Program-made: the position numbers and the translations under genes
Shown: positions 26,677 through 35,702 of the stretch, one piece after another
How the letters are laid out: every line of letters begins with the position of its first letter
Numbering within the stretch: position 1 is the stretch's first letter
Source of the DNA: Gaiellales bacterium
Lineage (GTDB): Bacteria > Actinomycetota > Thermoleophilia > BMS3ABIN01
DNA length: 64,000 nucleotides
NCBI GenBank assembly: GCA_003599855.1
Contig: QZKG01000067.1
Coordinates: 7,647 to 71,646 of the forward strand
Direction: 5' to 3'
The notes under the pieces: generated by a model
Database searches by the model: none
What the model was told of the DNA's origin: nothing
The model's input: only the letters and a program-made list of their open reading frames with translations

Positions 26677-27659
26677 TGGTTCTGGCCGCCCTCTTCCGGC
26701 ATGGCCTTGCCCTCTTCCGGCGTGACACCTCCCTCAGAAGCCCAATATTTCAGGATGTCGTTGGCCTTGCGCACCGAGGAGAGATGGGCGAGCGACGGGA
26801 TCACCACGCCGACGGCCAGCCACCCCAGGAGCCAGACCACCAGCAGCGTGATCGTCGGGAAGAACAGGGCGAACTGCTGGGCCAGTACCAGAGTCCCAAG
26901 GCCTGCCAGCAGGGAACCGGTCAGCGAAATAACCGAGAGGTACGGCCGCCAGCGCAGCATGACCGCCGGTCCGCCGACACCGCCGGCGCCCGCCAGCATA
27001 TACGCCCCGGTCGTAAGCAGGGCCAGCGGAGCGAGGGTCAGGCAATGGAGCATTCCCATGTACACGAAAGCCGCGTCCTCGTCGACCTGGGTCGCCTGCG
27101 TCTGGGTCGGCCCCTCGGCTATCCTTCGCGCCAGGCTGGGGGCCTTGTTGCCACTGAAGAGGCCCGCACCGGCTACGCCCGCTACTCCCAGGGCGGTGGC
27201 GGCCGCGCCGCCGATCCCGACCGGCGTCGTCAGCGGATTCTTGCCCGTGACCTTGATATAAGCGGAGCCGCTGCAGGCGCCGGCGCCGTAGGACTCGCCG
27301 GTGACCCGGTACAGCCCGACGCCGTATCTGGAGTACTTGGCGACCGACTCGGTGCCGGACCAGGTGTTGCTGTCGTCGTCCTTCTCGGAGATGGTCCACG
27401 GCGCTCCGCCGATGAACTCCAGCCGCACCTCGTGCCGGCTGATCGTGTCATCGGAAACGACCTCCACATCGATGGCGCCGTTATAGGGCACCTGCAGCGC
27501 GTTCGCCGGCTTTGCCAGCGAATCGGCGCTGACCCCGTTCATCGTGACCGTACATGGCCCGTCGATCTGGGCCGGTGCCGCCGCCGGCAGCGACAGGAGC
27601 AGCGCGGCGGTGAAAACGAGTGTAGCCGCCAGGGATAAAACGACGCGTCTGTGCTGCAT
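26673..27659 (-). CDS. exported/membrane protein, unknown function (N-terminal periplasmic domain + 4-5 TM)
   Basis: Start at the internal ATG with SD ggggaaggtga. Signal peptide MQHRRVVLSLAATLVFTAALLLSLPAAAPAQ, with C-terminal hydrophobic helices. Confidence 0.6.
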   Translation of the reverse strand: MQHRRVVLSLAATLVFTAALLLSLPAAAPAQIDGPCTVTMNGVSADSLAKPANALQVPYNGAIDVEVVSDDTISRHEVRLEFIGGAPWTISEKDDDSNTWSGTESVAKYSRYGVGLYRVTGESYGAGACSGSAYIKVTGKNPLTTPVGIGGAAATALGVAGVAGAGLFSGNKAPSLARRIAEGPTQTQATQVDEDAAFVYMGMLHCLTLAPLALLTTGAYMLAGAGGVGGPAVMLRWRPYLSVISLTGSLLAGLGTLVLAQQFALFFPTITLLVVWLLGWLAVGVVIPSLAHLSSVRKANDILKYWASEGGVTPEEGKAMPEEGGQNQ

Positions 27660-27857
27660 GACATCACCTTCCCCGCATGCGAAGTACATTCGTCAGGACG
27701 TCTATATATTCCAGCAGAGGAGGTGGTGTCCTGCGGCGACCGCCATTCCCGGCATCATGCTTTTCCGTCCGAACAGCCTGCTACGCTGGTTGACCCGCCG
27801 CTGAAGCGGGGATGACATGTACCTCAGAGATCAGGTTTGGTAAAGGAGGCAGGTCCC

Positions 27858-29801
27858 ATGCTCACCAAGTGGAGGCTTTCAAACTTCAAATGCTTCAAGC
27901 GTGAACACGAGCTCGAACTCGGGCGGCTGACGCTGATCGCCGGCGCCAACAATGCCGGCAAGAGCATGCTGCTCAAGTCGCTCCTGCTCGTCTGCCAGTC
28001 GATGTTCCAGAAGGAAGGCAACGCCGACGTCATCGCCAACGGCCACCTGACCCGGCTGGGCCGGTTGGTCGAGCCTGCTTCTGTTGAGCCGGGGATCGTG
28101 CACGATGCAAGCATGCGCATCGGGTGGGAGTGGCGCCGGGGAAGGCTGGAAGGCGTCCCCGAGCCGGAAGTCTACGATAACCACGGCAACGGCGACCGCA
28201 TCCGCCACAGGAAGGGCGGCCTCGACCTGGACATCGGGTGCGACATCATGATCACGTCGGTGTCTAAGCTGCTGGGACCGTTCACGGTAGCCTCACCGCC
28301 GAGGATAAGCAGCTTCTCGGTCTGGACCGAGCGTCACGGCGATGAGCGGGTTTCACTGTCCGCCTCCAATGATGAGGAAGAGCCCGCAGATGAATCCTGC
28401 CCGGGCTGCGGGCACGCCGGCTGTGACGGCTTGCATGAGGGAGATGCCAGGGGGATGCGGATCACCTGCATCGACGAAAGGTCGGCAGCCGAGCTCGACG
28501 ATGATTTCATCGAGGGAGAGCTTTGCGGCTGCGATTTCCAGGGGCTCCTGCCGGCCGGGCTGCGCGTCCGCTTCGACCGGCGCAAGCAGGCGGCGGCAAT
28601 CGTCGAGCTGGCGCTCCTCAGGGTCGCGGACCCCGCGCTTGCCTATAACCTGCGGCGTATGTCGCGGCACCTGCGCGAACCAATAGAAATACCCGCCGGC
28701 GTCATCGACCGGATCGCGGCTGCCGCCGGGGTCGAGTTTCGCAGGGACGGCACAACGTCTGGAGTGATCAGCATCCTGGAATGGCACCGCGCTGTGGAAC
28801 AGCTCGAAGGCAGCGACCGCGAGGCGCTAGAAGCAGCGACCCGCAGGCTGTTCGCAGATGAGGCCGAGTGGGGCGCCATCGTCTCCGAGATCGAGGCCTC
28901 GGAGGGCCGCGAACTCGAAGAAGACGATGAAACACACCCGCAGATGAGCGATACATCGGTCTGGCTGCCGGGCCCGCTGCGCATGGCGACTGGCTACCTG
29001 AGGGACTACTTCACCAGCATGGTGAAGTACATCGGCCCGCTGAGGCAGTCTCCGCGGCTTTACCACGAGCTGCCGGAACCGGCTGCGGACGGGTATGTCG
29101 GCTCCATGGGCGAGCATGCCATCGCCATCCTCGGCCGCAACCTGGACAGGCGGGTGACGTTCATGCCGCCGGAGAACTTCGACCACCCCGGGATCAAGAT
29201 GGCGGCTAAGGTCACGACGCTGCGCGAGGCGGTGTCGGCATGGCTGGTTCACTTCGGCATGGGAGAGCTGGTCGCGGCTTTCGACGCCGGCAAGCCGGGG
29301 TACGGGTTCCTGCTCAGGTTGCCCGGCTCACGCATGCTGCGCGACCCTGAGAGCGTGGGCGTCGGCATCAGCCAGTTGCTGCCAGTGCTGGTGATGTGCC
29401 TGCTGGCCGAAGAGCACTCGACGCTCATCATCGAGCAGCCGGAGCTGCACCTGCACCCCGGGGCGCAGTCGAAGCTGGGAGATTTCTTCCTGTCGATGGC
29501 GCTCCTGAACAGGCAGTGCATCCTCGAGACGCACAGCGAACACCTGATGGAGCGGGTCAACTACCGCGTGGCGGCCAGCAACGACGCGCTTGTGCCCCTG
29601 GTGAAGAACTATTTCGTCGAGGCGGTCGAGGACGGCTCGGTAGTCGACGAGGCGCCGCTGAACCGCCATCGCAACATCGTCCACTGGCCGGAGGGGTTCT
29701 ACGACGAGGTGCACCGGCAGGAAGAGGCGCTGCTGCGGGTCAGGACCGGCTACGAGCCCGATGCGCTGGCCGGCGAGCACGATCCGGTGAGGAATAACTG
29801 A
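27858..29801 (+). CDS. OLD/ABC-type AAA ATPase (AAA_15/AAA_21-like with DUF3696-like C-terminus) carrying an inserted Cys-cluster region
   Basis: Strong SD aaaggagg 8 nt before the ATG at 27858. N-terminal KWRLSNFKCFK, Walker A GANNAGKS, signature YIGPLRQSPRLYHE, Walker B/D-loop LIIEQPELHLHP and H-loop ETHSEHL. A 350-aa insert between Walker A and IGPLR contains CPGCGHAGCDG...CGCDF. Confidence 0.75.
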   Translation: MLTKWRLSNFKCFKREHELELGRLTLIAGANNAGKSMLLKSLLLVCQSMFQKEGNADVIANGHLTRLGRLVEPASVEPGIVHDASMRIGWEWRRGRLEGVPEPEVYDNHGNGDRIRHRKGGLDLDIGCDIMITSVSKLLGPFTVASPPRISSFSVWTERHGDERVSLSASNDEEEPADESCPGCGHAGCDGLHEGDARGMRITCIDERSAAELDDDFIEGELCGCDFQGLLPAGLRVRFDRRKQAAAIVELALLRVADPALAYNLRRMSRHLREPIEIPAGVIDRIAAAAGVEFRRDGTTSGVISILEWHRAVEQLEGSDREALEAATRRLFADEAEWGAIVSEIEASEGRELEEDDETHPQMSDTSVWLPGPLRMATGYLRDYFTSMVKYIGPLRQSPRLYHELPEPAADGYVGSMGEHAIAILGRNLDRRVTFMPPENFDHPGIKMAAKVTTLREAVSAWLVHFGMGELVAAFDAGKPGYGFLLRLPGSRMLRDPESVGVGISQLLPVLVMCLLAEEHSTLIIEQPELHLHPGAQSKLGDFFLSMALLNRQCILETHSEHLMERVNYRVAASNDALVPLVKNYFVEAVEDGSVVDEAPLNRHRNIVHWPEGFYDEVHRQEEALLRVRTGYEPDALAGEHDPVRNN

Positions 29802-29833
29802 TCAAATCAAATCGGAGGATGGAGGAAAAGAGG

Positions 29834-30268
29834 ATGAGCCAGGAAGATGCAGCGCTGCGCAAAACGATAAACCGGCGAATCGACGGGATCCAGGAGAGGA
29901 TCGATTCCGGCTTCTTCCTGGAAGAGGCCCTGACAGTCGCTGAGTTCACGGGCGCTGACGTCAAGATACGGCAGCCCCTGGGCGAGAATGTCGAGGCGCT
30001 TCCCGAGAGCGCACCGTTCGTCATCAGCCTGCAGGAGAGCGTGCCGCAAAAGAGAGTTGTCCGTACAGTGTATTCCCGGGAGCTCAGCTGGCTCTTGTTA
30101 GAGCTAGGAGAAGCATTCAGGGAGACGATCGATTACGTGTCCAAGTATGACTTTTTCGGCAGTCTCGCCCAGGCGGCGCTGGATCACCTGGCGGCTGAAG
30201 GGGATGCGGCCGGCAGCAAACCGCTGCTGTTGCACGTCCTGGCCAGGGCGAGGGAGATGGTTGGGTAG
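29834..30268 (+). CDS. hypothetical protein (145 aa), operon partner of the ATPase
   Basis: Begins 32 nt after the ATPase stop with SD ggaggaaaagagg. Predicted to be alpha-helical, with no motif I recognise. Followed by a terminator-like hairpin. Confidence 0.6.
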   Translation: MSQEDAALRKTINRRIDGIQERIDSGFFLEEALTVAEFTGADVKIRQPLGENVEALPESAPFVISLQESVPQKRVVRTVYSRELSWLLLELGEAFRETIDYVSKYDFFGSLAQAALDHLAAEGDAAGSKPLLLHVLARAREMVG

Positions 30269-30269
30269 G

Positions 30270-30292
30270 AACAGGTCGCCTGTTTTATAAAT
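30270..30292 (+). terminator. rho-independent terminator-like hairpin after the ATPase/small-protein pair
   Basis: The stem aacagg-tcg-cctgtt is followed by ttataaat, immediately after the TAG at 30266-30268. Confidence 0.4.
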
Positions 30293-30340
30293 GCAGATAG
30301 TCATATAGACCCGTTTGCGTATGGCTGATAGTATTTGAAC

Positions 30341-32272
30341 ATGTCTAATGAATCCACTCAATCGGGCTGGAGCTCCGACTTTCCCACATTCCGCGACAGC
30401 CAGCCTTATCGGATACGAGAAGATCTTCATTCTTTTGTATCCGACGTTAGCCCCGAACAGATTCGAGCGTGGGATGAGTCTATCCCTCTATTGCAAAATG
30501 AGGTGGATGAAGTATTGCAAACAACTGATTTAGCGCAGAAATACGACACAATTTTAGAGTACGAACTACCCATGGAGTCCCGCCGCACGGATGCCATATT
30601 TCTGACCTCAGCCGGCGTTATCGTTATCGAGCTGAAGGGAAAAAGCAACCCCTCCCGGGCTGATATTGACCAGGCGGCTGCGTATGGACGCGACCTTCGC
30701 TGCTATCATCGCGAATGTCATAACCGACCTGTCCATGCAGTTCTCGTTCCGACGAGGGCGAAGGGTTATATGTTTCAGAAGTCGGGCGTTCATGTGCTTG
30801 GTCCTGATGTCATCGATAAGTTCGTGGACGATATTAGAATGAAGGGTGGGCAAGAACCAATCGACAGGAATTCATTTTTATCGGCAGATGCATATTGCCC
30901 TCTCCCAACAATAGTGGAAGCTGCACGCGAACTGATGATGTCTGGATCGATACGAACAATTCACAGGGCTCGAGCAGCTACTGAGCCGGCTCTTGAAGAA
31001 ATATCCCGAATCATTCATGAAGCAGCCTTGACCAAAACACGTCGCTTGGTTCTGCTAACTGGTGTTCCGGGTGCCGGGAAGACGCTTGTCGGTCTACAAG
31101 TCGTCCACGCTCACTTCTTGGATGACCTGTCCATCCCCAGGGCTGATGGAAATAGCGGCACACCGGCAGTTTATTTGTCTGGCAACGGCCCCTTAGTACA
31201 AGTTCTCCAATATGAGCTGAAAAGTGCTGGAGGCGGCGGTCGTACCTTTGTAAGAGGAGTTAAAGACTATGTGAAACGATATTCAACCAGGGCTGACCTG
31301 GTTCCGCCGGAGCACGTATTGGTTTTTGATGAAGCCCAAAGGGCTTTTGACGCTGACCAGGTACGAGAGAAGCATAGCAATACTCCCGGATTTGAAGGCG
31401 GAAAATCTGAGCCAGAACACTTCATCGAGTTTGCCGAAAGAATCCCGGAGTGGTGTGTGGTAGTTGGACTTATTGGTGGTGGTCAAGAAATTCACATTGG
31501 AGAGGAAGCCGGAATCGTTCAATGGCTGCAGGCAATTGAAGGATCGGCAGATCCCTCTGCGTGGACCATCCACATGCCTCCCGAAGCCAAACCTGCCTTC
31601 GCTGATTCCCAGGTTAAACAAACTGCATCACCGGCTTTGAATTTAGATACGGAAATCCGCTTTCATCTGGCTAGCGAGCTTCATGATTTCGTCGCAGACC
31701 TGCTTGATAGTCGCGATATTGAGAGTAATCGGGAGCGTGCTCTCAGACTGGAAGCAGATGGCTATCATCTCAGAATCACGCGAGACTTGAATGTGGCGAA
31801 ATCATATCTAAGGGAGCGCTATGGTGAAGACCCTGACGCACGCTTTGGTCTTATCGCATCTTCTAAGGACAAAGATTTAACCAGATTTGGCATCCTCAAT
31901 GATTTCCAATCGACAAAAAGAGTCAGATTTGGCCCCTGGTACGGAGACAGGGAGGACGACGAGGGCCATTTTTCTTGCCGGCATCTTGATGCATGTATTA
32001 CAGAATTTGGCGCACAGGGGCTAGAGCTTGATGCCGTATTGCTAGCGTGGGGCACGGACTTGCTCAGAGAAGATGGAGCGTGGTCGAACGAAAGAGCTCG
32101 CGGATATCGCAATAGCAGTAGGATAAAAGACGCTTTTCAGCTACGGCTAAATGCTTACCGCGTCCTCCTCACCCGCGGCCGGGACGCAACTGTTGTTTTC
32201 GTGCCACAACTGGAACTACTAGACGATACATTCAATTATCTAGTTGATAGTGGATTCTTACCCCTTGCTTAG
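30341..32272 (+). CDS. PD-(D/E)xK (NERD-like) nuclease domain fused to DUF2075 / Schlafen-group-3-like SF1 helicase ATPase
   Basis: N-terminal nuclease motif RRTDAIFLTSAGVIVIELKGK (D...ExK). Walker A LLTGVPGAGKTLVGL, motif II VLVFDEAQRAF and a motif VI-like VLLTRGRDATVVFV. Visibly lower GC than its neighbours. Confidence 0.8.
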   Translation: MSNESTQSGWSSDFPTFRDSQPYRIREDLHSFVSDVSPEQIRAWDESIPLLQNEVDEVLQTTDLAQKYDTILEYELPMESRRTDAIFLTSAGVIVIELKGKSNPSRADIDQAAAYGRDLRCYHRECHNRPVHAVLVPTRAKGYMFQKSGVHVLGPDVIDKFVDDIRMKGGQEPIDRNSFLSADAYCPLPTIVEAARELMMSGSIRTIHRARAATEPALEEISRIIHEAALTKTRRLVLLTGVPGAGKTLVGLQVVHAHFLDDLSIPRADGNSGTPAVYLSGNGPLVQVLQYELKSAGGGGRTFVRGVKDYVKRYSTRADLVPPEHVLVFDEAQRAFDADQVREKHSNTPGFEGGKSEPEHFIEFAERIPEWCVVVGLIGGGQEIHIGEEAGIVQWLQAIEGSADPSAWTIHMPPEAKPAFADSQVKQTASPALNLDTEIRFHLASELHDFVADLLDSRDIESNRERALRLEADGYHLRITRDLNVAKSYLRERYGEDPDARFGLIASSKDKDLTRFGILNDFQSTKRVRFGPWYGDREDDEGHFSCRHLDACITEFGAQGLELDAVLLAWGTDLLREDGAWSNERARGYRNSSRIKDAFQLRLNAYRVLLTRGRDATVVFVPQLELLDDTFNYLVDSGFLPLA

Positions 32273-32331
32273 TAGGTGAACTTTTATCTCGATGCCTTGA
32301 GCTAAGCCACTGACAATACCTTTTCTACCCC

Positions 32332-33930
32332 CTACCCCTCCCTCATGCCCATCGGCAGGTTCAAGAGCCAGAGGTTGACGGCGGCGAACGCCACCATCAG
32401 CACCAGCATCGGCGCGAGGCCGGCGATGGTGCGCATGCTGTCGCCGAAGGTCTGCCGGGCGGCGCGCCACCCCACGTACACCGCAGCGACGTAGCCGATG
32501 AGCACCATCGTCATCTGCAGGAAGCGCAGCGGCTCCATGCCCAGGAGCGGTATCGTCGTCACGTTCGCGGTGCCGAAGAGGTTCCAGCCCCAGCCGAAGG
32601 GGTCCGAGAGCACCGGCACTACCGCGGCCCCCTCCTCGAAGAAGTGGACCAGGTTGTGGGCCAGGTGAGAGGTCAGGGCTATCGGCAGGAACGCGAAGGA
32701 GAACGCGATGAAGACGGACTTGAGGCTGGCGCCCTTGCCGCCCACCCTCGTGGTTATCCACGACCAGAGGCTGAAGATCAGCATCGGCGCCAGCACCGCC
32801 AGCACGATATAGCTTAAGGTCAGCACGGTCTGCTCGCCGAGCCCGGTGGCATTCGCCATTGCCGCCGAGGCGTCGGTCCAGGGCTCGACCATGTCGAGGG
32901 TCTGGAAAACCGTCACCCCCAGAAGGATAACGACGATGGCCGCCACGTCGAAACCGACCTTGCGCGTTTTCCAGAGGTCGCTGAGGAAGGGGCGGGCGTT
33001 CAGGGCGATGTTGTCATTGGGGCAGGTCTTGACGCACTCGGTGCAGAGGACGCAGTAGATGTTGGTGTCCATCTTCTGCGGCCACTCGAACATCGGGCAG
33101 CCGTAGCCCTTGTCGCTCCCCTTGTAGCACGCCTTCTCCCGGCAGGACTGGCAGACGCCGGTGTCGCGGACGCGCAGTTCCAGCGGCGCCGTCATAGAGT
33201 AGGCGCCGATGATCCCGCCGATGGGGCAGACGTAACGGCAGAAGGTGCGCCGCTCGAACAACAGCGAGACCACGATGGCGGGAACGATGAAGAGCCCCAG
33301 CGTCACCACCGCCGTGTACAGCGGGTTGCTCGCCAGGCCCAGGAAGAGGTACATCCAGGTGAGGATGATGAAGAACGCCGTCGGCACCCAGAAGTTCCGC
33401 AGCCGGCGCGGCCACTTGCGGTTCATGCTGAAGACGCGGCGCCCGACCCCCCACAGCTTGCCCCGCTGCAGCCATTCGGCGAAGGAGACGAGGGGACAGG
33501 CCATACACCAGGTGCGTGACAGCAGGAGGAAGGTGAAGATGATGACCGCCCACCAGATGAGCCAGGTGATGACGGTGGCGAAGTTGCGGTCCCCCGCCTG
33601 CGTGCCCCAGATGCCGGCGGCGACCACCAGCGCGAAGATGAGCGCGTTGGGCAGCTGCACGGCGAACTGGAACGCCCGGTGCCGCAGCAAGCGGTAGACA
33701 AGCGGCAGGCGCAGCAGGTCGTAGCGGTGCCTGGTGCCGGCGGCGCCGGACTCCAGGACGGTGCCGCCATCGATGTCCTGCAGCAACTCCGCCTGTTTCC
33801 GGGCCCGGCGCGCGAGCAGCCAGACCATGAGCGGCGTCACGATAAGGATGATGATCAGATAGGGGATCAGCAGCGAGAACTCCCAGCCGCCTCCTGCTGC
33901 GGGTGCCGCGCCATGAGCATGGTGGTCCAT
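32332..33930 (-). CDS. NapH/MauN/FixG-like polytopic membrane protein with 4Fe-4S ferredoxin domain
   Basis: TM-embedded CxxCP motifs (WCMACPLVSF, FCRYVCPIGGIIG) and a ferredoxin cluster region CQSCREKACYKG...CVLCTECVKTCPNDNI. Paralogous to 48504..49859. Confidence 0.7.
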   Translation of the reverse strand: MDHHAHGAAPAAGGGWEFSLLIPYLIIILIVTPLMVWLLARRARKQAELLQDIDGGTVLESGAAGTRHRYDLLRLPLVYRLLRHRAFQFAVQLPNALIFALVVAAGIWGTQAGDRNFATVITWLIWWAVIIFTFLLLSRTWCMACPLVSFAEWLQRGKLWGVGRRVFSMNRKWPRRLRNFWVPTAFFIILTWMYLFLGLASNPLYTAVVTLGLFIVPAIVVSLLFERRTFCRYVCPIGGIIGAYSMTAPLELRVRDTGVCQSCREKACYKGSDKGYGCPMFEWPQKMDTNIYCVLCTECVKTCPNDNIALNARPFLSDLWKTRKVGFDVAAIVVILLGVTVFQTLDMVEPWTDASAAMANATGLGEQTVLTLSYIVLAVLAPMLIFSLWSWITTRVGGKGASLKSVFIAFSFAFLPIALTSHLAHNLVHFFEEGAAVVPVLSDPFGWGWNLFGTANVTTIPLLGMEPLRFLQMTMVLIGYVAAVYVGWRAARQTFGDSMRTIAGLAPMLVLMVAFAAVNLWLLNLPMGMREG

Positions 33931-34200
33931 CTCATACCTCTTTCACTTCGATTGAGTATTCGATGACCTTGCGGGCCTGGCGGCCCTTTCCCATACGCCC
34001 TGGTGCTGCCGGCAACCATAAAGGCGGCTGGCAGTTGCAGCTTCAATTCAAGCGAAGCCGTTACACGACTAATTGAGTTATTTTAGTTCATCCGGGCGGG
34101 CGTGCCTAGCGTTTGCAGGCAAAATGATGCATCGGCACCATGCGGGTTGAACCCTGGGGATTAATCATCAGAGGAGGGTTGGGGGAAATTGGTGGCACCC

Positions 34201-34234
34201 AATAAAGAGAAAGGACCCTCCTCGCAGAGGGCCC
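34201..34234 (-). terminator. rho-independent terminator of the cold-shock gene
   Basis: On the minus-strand transcript, hairpin gggccctc-tgcgag-gagggtcc is followed by uuucucuuuauu, directly after the csp stop at 34269. Confidence 0.6.
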
Positions 34235-34268
34235 TTGTGCGTTGCCTTAGTGCGTTACTCAAGTGCAG

Positions 34269-34472
34269 CTATTCTATCGGCGTCACGTTTGTGGCCTGCG
34301 GGCCCTTGGGGCCTTCGCCGGCTTCGAAAGTCACTTTCTGACCTTCCTTGAGCGTCTTGAAGCCTTCGCCCTTGATCTCAGAAAAGTGCACAAACAGGTC
34401 TTCGCCGCTCTCCTGCTCGATAAAGCCGAAGCCTTTCTGATCGGAGAACCATTTGACTGTTCCTTCTGGCAA
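34269..34472 (-). CDS. csp: cold-shock protein (CspA family)
   Basis: [60 protein letters not shown] carries the RNP1/RNP2 motifs. The likely TTG start gives (M)PEGTVKWF, with GGAGG 7 nt upstream. The ORF track extends it to 34514. Confidence 0.85.
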   Translation of the reverse strand: MPEGTVKWFSDQKGFGFIEQESGEDLFVHFSEIKGEGFKTLKEGQKVTFEAGEGPKGPQATNVTPIE

Positions 34473-34834
34473 GTTCGTTCCTCCTCTCACCAATTCCGGT
34501 AAGAGCACTCGCATGTGCCGGAAAAGCAGTCAAGTACTTCAAACCTGTCCCCGTCCTCATGATCGCGGGGTCAATGACACTATAGAGTGTAGAAGTGTTA
34601 ATAGCAATGCATTGAACGTCGGGGGCAATTAATTGAAGCAACTCGATACCGCAGGCGACGATGTGGGGTAGGAGCCCCGGCTGGTAAGGTTCACAGGTTT
34701 CAGTACGTCCCCTAATCTCTTCAAATCTCTACATTCCAACCACTCAACCACCAATAAAATACAGGTTTGCTTGATTTCGCGTCAGTTTATCCGATATTAT
34801 CTGAATATCTGATATTCTGATTAACGGACGGTTT

Positions 34835-35185
34835 ATGACAAAGGGCAAGCAATATCCGGACAGGCGCCCTGGAATGGGCGGCGCTTCCATCATCCGCGAG
34901 ACGGGCAAGGTAGGCAAGCGCGGCACGGTAGTCATCGCGGCAGCGCTGAGGCGTCGTTTCGGTCTCGATGAGGGGTCGCTCATCATCGAAGAAGAGACCC
35001 CGGAGGGCGTACTGATCCGCCCGGCGGTCGCCATGCCGGTCGAGATTTACACCACCGAACGGCAGGCGGAGTTCCTGCTCAATAATGCTGTCGATGAGAA
35101 GGATTACCAGCGAGCACGGCGCGCCGTGAAGAAGCTGGGGCTGGACCCTGACGCCATCCCCCACCGCCGTCCCGACAGTGCCTGA
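34835..35185 (+). CDS. vapB: AbrB/MazE-fold antitoxin (VapB-like)
   Basis: Swapped-hairpin motif GKRGTVVIAAALRRRFGLDEGSLIIEEETPEGVLIRP. It overlaps the downstream PIN gene by 8 nt. Confidence 0.7.
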   Translation: MTKGKQYPDRRPGMGGASIIRETGKVGKRGTVVIAAALRRRFGLDEGSLIIEEETPEGVLIRPAVAMPVEIYTTERQAEFLLNNAVDEKDYQRARRAVKKLGLDPDAIPHRRPDSA

Positions 35186-35609
35186 ATCCCCGGACCGGGT
35201 CTTTCTGGACGCAAACGTCCTGTTTTCTGCGGCTTATTCCCCGGGCAGTGGGCTGCATCGGCTCTGGGAGCTGGCGCAGGATGGCAGGATCGAGTTACTG
35301 GCCTCCTCGTATGTAGTCGAAGAGGCGCGACGCAACCTCACATCAGGCTTGCAGATACAACGACTGGAGAAGCTGCTGACCCGGGTGCGGATAAGCGCGT
35401 GTAGAGCGCGTGCGGGAGCGGCTCCAGCGGCTGAAGGTCTTGCGCAAAAGGACCGGCCCTTTCTGCAGGCGGCGCTTGCGATGGACGCTACCCATCTGCT
35501 GACTGGTGACATAGCTCATTTCGGCTCTCTTCTGGGAAAGTGGTTCGAGGGAGTGCTTGTGCTCTTGCCGGGCGACTACCTGAGCAGAACGGGGAAGGGC
35601 GCCAGGTAA
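35178..35609 (+). CDS. vapC: PIN-domain ribonuclease toxin (VapC-like)
   Basis: PIN acidic residues lie in VFLDANVLF, VVEEARRNL and LTGDIAHF. The 143-aa size fits VapC. Confidence 0.75.
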   Translation: MPESPDRVFLDANVLFSAAYSPGSGLHRLWELAQDGRIELLASSYVVEEARRNLTSGLQIQRLEKLLTRVRISACRARAGAAPAAEGLAQKDRPFLQAALAMDATHLLTGDIAHFGSLLGKWFEGVLVLLPGDYLSRTGKGAR

Positions 35610-35702
35610 CGAGTGGTTTGAGGAAATGGCAGGCAGGGGGCAAAAGGGCAGATCCTTCGCTGCGCTCAGGATGACAGGGGTATCGAACCCGGTCGGCGCC
35701 TG

